NCBI GenBank assembly: GCA_964035545.1
Contig: OZ037766.1
Coordinates: forward strand, 1,612,001 to 1,676,000
DNA from: Bugula neritina
Taxonomy: Eukaryota > Animalia > Bryozoa
DNA: 64,000 bases
Direction of reading: 5' to 3'
The translations under genes were made by a program, and so were the position numbers. Of this stretch, positions 57,601 through 64,000 are shown one piece after another; the first letter of the stretch is position 1; each line of letters begins with the position of its first letter. A model generated the notes under the pieces. It worked only from the letters and a program-made list of their open reading frames with translations. It did not search any database and was not told the origin of the DNA.

Positions 57601-60600
57601 AGTTATATATGTAGAGTGTATGTAATCTAATATAGGTATAGAACAAATTTAGAAGATATAATTTAATATTTATATAGAATATATTTAGAATGTAGATTTA
57701 AATGCAGAATCAATATTAGATATATAATAATTTTAAATATAAAGTAAGAGTATTTAAATTAAGTATTAATAATTGTATCATGTATATTCAGAATATATAA
57801 TGCATTTAGAATATATGAAAAGTATAGATACATAATATCTGTATAACATATAATTTATAAATATAGATTTAAAAGCTAATACAGTGTAGTATGGCAATGC
57901 CTTTGTGTAATGTTTTCATATTTTGTTTATTGTGCCTTCATTACTTATTGTATTATCTAAACCTTACATTATATTTAATGGTATACAATAGTTTAATATG
58001 TATTAGATTATATTACATATAATATAAATAAACATGGAACATAATATTCTATAAAATTTTGCAATGCATTAGCATCCTCAGCTTAAGTTTTAAAATAGTA
58101 CGTTTATAAAATTCGTTGTTGCATGAATATCATGACGAATATGTAGATGTATTATATATAATATAACTAAGTGAAGTATAATCACTCTATGATATTATAT
58201 ATAGCTGTAGGTGTGTCAGCTGCAGATATAGAATATGCTAATGTTGTAGCCATAGAAGTTTATATGCTATATTACAACACGACACGATATATGATGTTAT
58301 ATTATAACATGATGTAATGATACGACACGATATAATACAATACGATATGATGCATGTTCCTACAGATCCTTCCACTGAGCACGCACTGGAGGAAGAGAAT
58401 ACAGAAGAGAAAGACGCAGAAGCTCTGGTAACAGAAGACGGCACAGTGAACCTTCCGGACTGTTGCTGCTTAGTCTGTCATTCGTATGTTTAGTCGTCTA
58501 GTACTACATGGGAACTGTATTATATATATATTGTATTATATACTGTATTATATACTGTATACTCTGTATTATATACTGTATACTCTGTATTATATACTGT
58601 ATACTGTGTTATATACTGTATACTGTGTTATATACTGTATTATATACTTTATGCGGTATCATGTATACTGTATACTCTGTATTATATACTGTATACTGTA
58701 TTATATACACACTGTAGCTGTATAACATTAGAACTGTAGTAGTGTTACATATAACCTATATTAGTATCACAGGCAAGCCTTACCTGTAACATATGCTGCC
58801 ATTACAGCAAACCACACCTTGACAACTGCTGTTCACCTCTCTGGACGCGCCACAGAGAACTCTGGGCCAAAGTTGTGTCTCATCCTGTGTTTGACGGATT
58901 CATTATGTTCTTGATCGCCGCAAGTAGCATCACTTTATGCTTCGAGGTGAATAATGAATTGTGTCAAGGTCAAACTGTGTGTATGTCAAGGTCAAACTGT
59001 GTGTATGTCAAAGTGACCAGCTGTTCTCCATGACCCTTTAGTTATCACGTAACGATAATAAGTTGTTGTGGGCAGGGAATGTTAAAGGATATATGAAACA
59101 TATGATAAAATTTGTTAAAGAACTTTTGTGTTGATTGGGTAAATTATTGTAATGAGATGTATGATTGGTCACTTCAATAGGGAGTTTATCTGCACGAGAA
59201 TCAGGCTCTGCTGGAGACCCTCAACTTCCTCAACATTGTGTTTGCCATTCTCTTCTTCATAGAGATGATCCTCAAGTGGCTGGCTCTCGGGTTCAAGAAA
59301 TACTTCACCAGTTTCTGGACCCTTCTAGACTTCATCATCGTCAATGTAAGTTTCACCCTGAACTCTCAGATGTATAGTGGTAACTATGGTAACTGTAATA
59401 GTTATGATAACTATGATAACTAGAATAGCTGTGGTATCTATGGTAACTATGGTAACTACGGTAACAATGGTAACTATGGTAACTATGGTAACTACGGTAA
59501 CAATGGTAACTATGGTAACTACGGTAACTATGGTAACTACGGTAACAACGGTAACTATGGTAACTGCGGTAACTATGGTAGTGTAAGTTACTCACACTTA
59601 CCTCTCTGTGTTATAGGTAGCCATTATTGACATTCTTGCTGGATTTGGAGGTTTTAACGCTCTCGGACCTTTCAAGATTCTCCGTGTTCTGCGAGCCCTT
59701 CGACCTCTGCGTGCCGTTTCAAGATGGCAGAACATGAAGGTATATCTACATCTACTACTAGAACTACTATCCATATACTATTATTCAACTACTATCTATA
59801 TATTCTACTAGCACTATCTATATATTCTACTGGCACTGTCTATGTATTCTACTTCTACTATCTATATATTCTACTAGCACTATCTATATATTCTACTGAC
59901 ACTGTCTATATATTATACTACTATTATCTATATATTGTACTAGTATTATCTATATATATTGTACTTACTAATTATTTCATTCTATAGATTGTTGTGAATG
60001 CACTGATATTTGCCATGCCAGCCATTGGTAACGTGTTTGTCGTCATTATGGTGTTCTGGCTCATATTTGCCATCATGGGTGTCCAGAACTTCAGAGGTGT
60101 CTTCTACTCTTGCTCTTACAACGACTCCAAGGTAGTTCTTTTATTCATTGGTATACTTTCATTTGGTTTTATGTGCTTAGATGAATAACAAAGTAATTGG
60201 TCCATATGGCCCTAGCATGTTGGCAGGTTGACTAACACTTATAAATTGTTCAATTCAATTTTTAATCTTAAAGCCAATATAAAATAATAAAAAACCAATC
60301 AAGTTGCTATTAGAACTTTATTCCCTTTTCTCTCAGTACAACTGACAACTGTTTGCAGGTGACGGCATCAAAGACGTCAGCAGACTTTGCGTGGGCGTGT
60401 GACATCGACCAGCTGAATGCTTTACCCGGGCCAGTGGAGGATTTTCTAGACTATCACAACTTTGACAATTTTGGAGACCCTTCCTATAACGGAACCAACG
60501 CTTGGCCAACCGACCTGTCCGTGTGTACAGACAATCCTGTGTTAGTCAACCTCTCCTGGGCCGGCTTGTGTGAAAGGTTGGGTGGGGAATGGTCGCGTCC

Positions 60601-62722
60601 CCTAGTGCACTATGACGACGTATTTCGTGCCTACTTAGCCTTAGTGCAAGTTGCGACTTTTGAAGGCTGGATGGAAGTGATGGATGCTTCTATTGATGCC
60701 CCGCTAATTGTATGTTTGTTGTTTAAAGTTCTTGACTCTAAGTAAAACTATTAGTAAATAGTTATCAATAGTAGAATGTATTCAGATCGGTTTAAATTTT
60801 TCTTCTGTGTTTTTGTGACAGTCTTGGAGTTTTTTTTTTAACATGGCTGTCAGTTTTTAGGGTGGAATTTGAGATCATCAAGTTGATTATTATAGACTCT
60901 AAACATGTTTTTTTCACTCAGCTTTTGTAACTAGTACATCACATGATACAATATCACGTTATATATCATATATTGTAGCCATACGTATTATTTATGTGTT
61001 GACAGATTGGTGGGCAGGGTTTCCGGGAAAGCCGGCTCTACTGGTACCTTTACTTCGTATCATTCATCATTGTCGGAGCTTTCTTCACTCTGAATCTCAT
61101 TATTGGTGTGATTATCGACAACTTCAACGTCTTGAAGAAGAAGGTCTGTATACCATAGAGATCATTGCTCTTTTGCAATAAACTCTAAATATGTTGAAAC
61201 TTAATTGTTTGTGAGAGATTATAGCTGACAAGTTAGTTATTATTTTTTCCTTTATGTTGGATTGTAATAAATTTATGTGACTGAAGATATCAATGTATCT
61301 TTCTGTGGAATAGTATGACGGGAGTTATTTGGCGGCTTTTCTAACGACCAATCAAAGACATTATTACAACACATTGAAAAAGCTGGGCAACAAGAAGCCT
61401 CAGAAAACCATCAGGAGACCCAAGGTGAGACAACTCTCGCTTACTTGCTGACTATGTCACTTTGTATTATATTACATTGTATTATAATATTATATCTATA
61501 TACCTTGTATTATACTGTATTATGTTTTCTTATATTATACTATATTGTATTGTGCTACATTATATTGTATTATACTGTAGTGTGTTATATTATATTGCAA
61601 TATAGTTATTATGTTACACTATACAGTATTTTATGCTATTTATTATACTGTGCTACATTATGTTGCATTATATTATGCTATTTTATATTTTGTTTCATTG
61701 CTGTGCTTACAATTAGTATGTATACGCATGCTATTTCACCCACGATACTAATTATTCTCATGTTGCGTATTATTCCTGTTCCAGAACAAGTTCCAGGCGT
61801 TCTTCTACGACATTGCCGTCAACACCAGGTTCGAGATAGCTATAACCTTCATCATCTTCTTGAACATGATTATCATGACTCTAGCCTATTTGCCCGCCCC
61901 TGAAACTAAGAAGGGAAATCTTATAGATGGTGTCTATGTTTTGACAGACGAGAACAAAGCCAAAGTAAGTTCCCAGTTTATTACATTATTATATTACCAT
62001 ATTATATTATACTATCATATGGTATTATATCATAATATTATATTATTATACATTGTTATAATTATAATATTATATTATTATATGTTATTATAATTATTAT
62101 AATATTATATGTTATTATATTATAATATTATATTATTATACATTGTTATAATTATAATATTATATTATTATATGATATTATATTATATTATTATATTATA
62201 TTATAATCTTATGTTATATGATACTTCTCAAATATGTAGAATACTGCATAGCATTTTGAAAAAATATAAATATTTATGCTGTTAGCAACATATGTAATTT
62301 AGAACTTCCATATTGCTATGATAGCTCTGACACCATTAGTTATGGTGTTTCTTCAAAGTAGTGATTGTAGCAGTTGTCCACCCTAATAATCCTTGTGCTT
62401 CGCTATGTGGTAGTTGTCTGCCCTTAGACTGGTACAAGGCACTAATAATATACTAGTTGTCTTCACACAAACTAATAGTTGTTTGTCCTTACTTGAAACT
62501 TTAGCTGCCAATTCTCTGTTCTACTCTAAATTCCACACTACCTCTTCTCGTTGCAGTTGAAGACTCACGAACAGATGACGGAAGTCACCGAATACATCAA
62601 CCTCGGCTTCACCATCATCTTTATCATTGAGGCTATCATTAAGATCATCGGCTTGCGTTTCCACTACTTCAGGAGGGCGTGGAACGTGTTCGACTTCATA
62701 GTCGTAGCCCTGTCTATCGTAG
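33699..62722 (+). CDS. Voltage-gated sodium-channel-family alpha subunit, Nav2 (DSC1/NaCP60E-like) type; 3'-partial, domain IV continues beyond the window
   Basis: Frame-consistent GT-AG exons: 33699-33728 and 35210-35351 (putative N-terminal), 42554-42990, 44605-44834, 46606-46841, 47556-47707, 48375-48529, 48724-48865, 48952-49086, 51662-51824, 51995-52206, 52401-52590, 53426-53596, 53843-54057, 54303-54500, 54627-54847, 55250-55403, 55805-55942, 56620-56830, 57131-57454, 58366-58483, 58808-58946, 59181-59345, 59617-59739, 59988-60131, 60359-60709, 61006-61143, 61314-61424, 61785-61964, 62557-62722. Motifs [20 protein letters not shown]4 segments [10 protein letters not shown] / KVFRLMRIVK / [13 protein letters not shown], pore loops TLDFWE, CGEWIE, TFEGWM, linker [10 protein letters not shown]. 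Confidence 0.93.
40610..40868. repeat. 20-27-bp tandem repeat (TATATCTAAACCTCTATTCTATATTC), intronic
   Basis: Direct. Confidence 0.88.
46908..47155. repeat. Degenerate (GTGA)n tetranucleotide repeat, intronic
   Basis: Direct; reads as overlapping GTGAGT/GTAAGT on the sense strand. Confidence 0.9.
50838..51073. mobile_element. Short inverted-repeat-bounded element (MITE-like remnant)
   Basis: Arms TTGCACATAAATCTCGTTGACTTGACAAATTTC and GAAATTTGTCAAGTCAACTGAAATTTTGTACAA (18-bp perfect core); no clear TSD. Confidence 0.45.
53625..53830. repeat. 20-bp tandem repeat (TATATTACTGTATAGTATAK) filling the intron before the Cys-rich exon
   Basis: Direct. Confidence 0.9.
55378..55648 (+). repeat. 45-bp unit x6 containing the last 26 nt of the DII-S6 exon plus its GTGAGT donor
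   Basis: Unit GTACACTGATACT(T/C)GGCAACTTTATG|GTGAGTCATTACATAGTTA; donors at 55404, 55449, 55494, 55539, 55584, 55629. Confidence 0.97.
56111..56500. repeat. 10-bp tandem repeat (RCAGGTRTGT) about 39 copies, intronic
   Basis: Direct; accounts for the Cys/Val-rich spurious ORFs at 56050-56530. Confidence 0.93.
59378..59588. repeat. 9-bp tandem repeat (GGTAACTAT)n, intronic
   Basis: Direct. Confidence 0.92.
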
Positions 62723-64000
62723 GTAGGTTGGCTGATTCAAATCATAAATTTCTTCTTCATTGTTGAAAACTTTCAGTTTTACGGAGGAGACAAACCTTAA
62801 TATTCCTAGAGCTCGTAAGCTGATTGTAGAAAGCAAGAGAGAGATATTGCTGTCATTCAAAAAGCAAAATAATGCATCAAATGTGTCATCTACTTATGTA
62901 TTTAAAGTCTTCGTCTAGTTAGTATAAAAAGTCTTCCTAAGCAAAAATATTCATGTAGAAATACTTGTTTTACTTTAAGAAGCCCAGTGCATGTGTTAGT
63001 GTGAAGTCATACGAACACATCATGTAAGAGTGTATATTTTATATGCAGACGTCTACAGCTTCTTCGATTCTCGATTTGGAAAAAATCCTAGTAAGACTTT
63101 TTTATGGAGATTTTTTATATTTTAGCTATTCCACTTTGTTTCTATGCACTGGTTCCATTATTCTATACAATCACAGGGTCACTTGATTGCTATTATTATT
63201 AGTTAATTATATTATTATCATTATTTTTATTTAATTCTATTACTTATACTTTATATCAGCACCAACTTTCATTTTTAGATTTCCTCTTGCTGGCTGGTAG
63301 GCATATTGCATGAGAACTTTAACTTTTATATTAGAACATGTTCCACGTTCCCAATCTTCCTTCTCACAACCAATAATGTGACTCTCAGTCTAAGTTTTTT
63401 CTCTGTATCCACGGTGTCATCACTTTGTAAAGAGATTTAATGGACCGGTTGTGTTTTTGTCTCACTGTCTACTTTTTACTAGATATCAGTGTTTGTATGC
63501 TACCGGCAATGGCTGTATGCTGGATGGTCCAAATCGTTTTTAAATCAACTTGATAATGTGATGAGATATCGGTTCATTTCAAGTAGCTCAGCAATCATAC
63601 TTGAACTTCAAAATATAATTCTCTTCACTATAAACTTGAGCAGAGTTATAATAAATATTACTATAATAAATGTTATCTTTTTACTATGAGATGGAAAATT
63701 TAACTCGGCATGAAATTTTAATCCCCTCTGATGCCTCTTGTCCAAATAGAAGCCATTTATTTAAAAAAAGAGGTGACAACACCTAAATAGTTTAGAATAC
63801 TCATTAGAATATCTGCTTGGTGGTCAGCACATGCTCTCTTCTATTAATTAAAGATTTTAACTTAAAACTAGGCATAAATAATCTAAAGCTCGTTTTTAAA
63901 AAAAGTAATATCTAAAGACATAAAGATTGGCCACACGGTAACTCAAGCAGTTAGTTTTGCTGTTCAAATTAATTTCTATTTCAATAAAATATCGAGCTAA

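Noticed and set aside
42991-62556. U12-type (AT-AC or GTATCCT) introns as in vertebrate SCN genes
   Set aside because: All junctions I reconstructed are GT-AG and lack the RTATCCT 5' signature.

Overview
AT-rich, intron-containing animal (invertebrate-like) genomic DNA; no prokaryotic features, rRNA, tRNA or CRISPR were recognised. Seven spliced protein-coding genes were reconstructed by hand from GT-AG junctions: (1,2) a head-to-head pair of paralogous two-Ig-domain, signal-peptide, probably GPI-anchored surface proteins (4616-7807 minus; 10196-13165 plus); (3) PSMD3/Rpn3 (minus), divergently transcribed with (4) an unusually divergent histone H2A.Z; (5) HTATIP2/TIP30; (6) DDX49; (7) a four-domain voltage-gated channel with filter residues D-E-E-? 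(Nav2/DSC1 type) that runs off the window in domain IV. Also present: a probable LTR, two MITEs and many mini/microsatellites. Most interesting: (a) intronic tandem repeats repeatedly built from the splice junction itself (about 68 decoy acceptors in HTATIP2, an AG|GT array in PSMD3, six in-frame donors in the channel's DII-S6), plus sense-strand donor-like arrays; (b) a 138-bp, 136/138-identical inverted block inside the otherwise diverged Ig paralogs (gene conversion, and a potential domain-swapping inversion); (c) a 6-cysteine insertion of about 50 aa in the channel's VSD-II S1-S2 loop and several candidate microexons. Exon calls rest on sequence only; no expression data were available.
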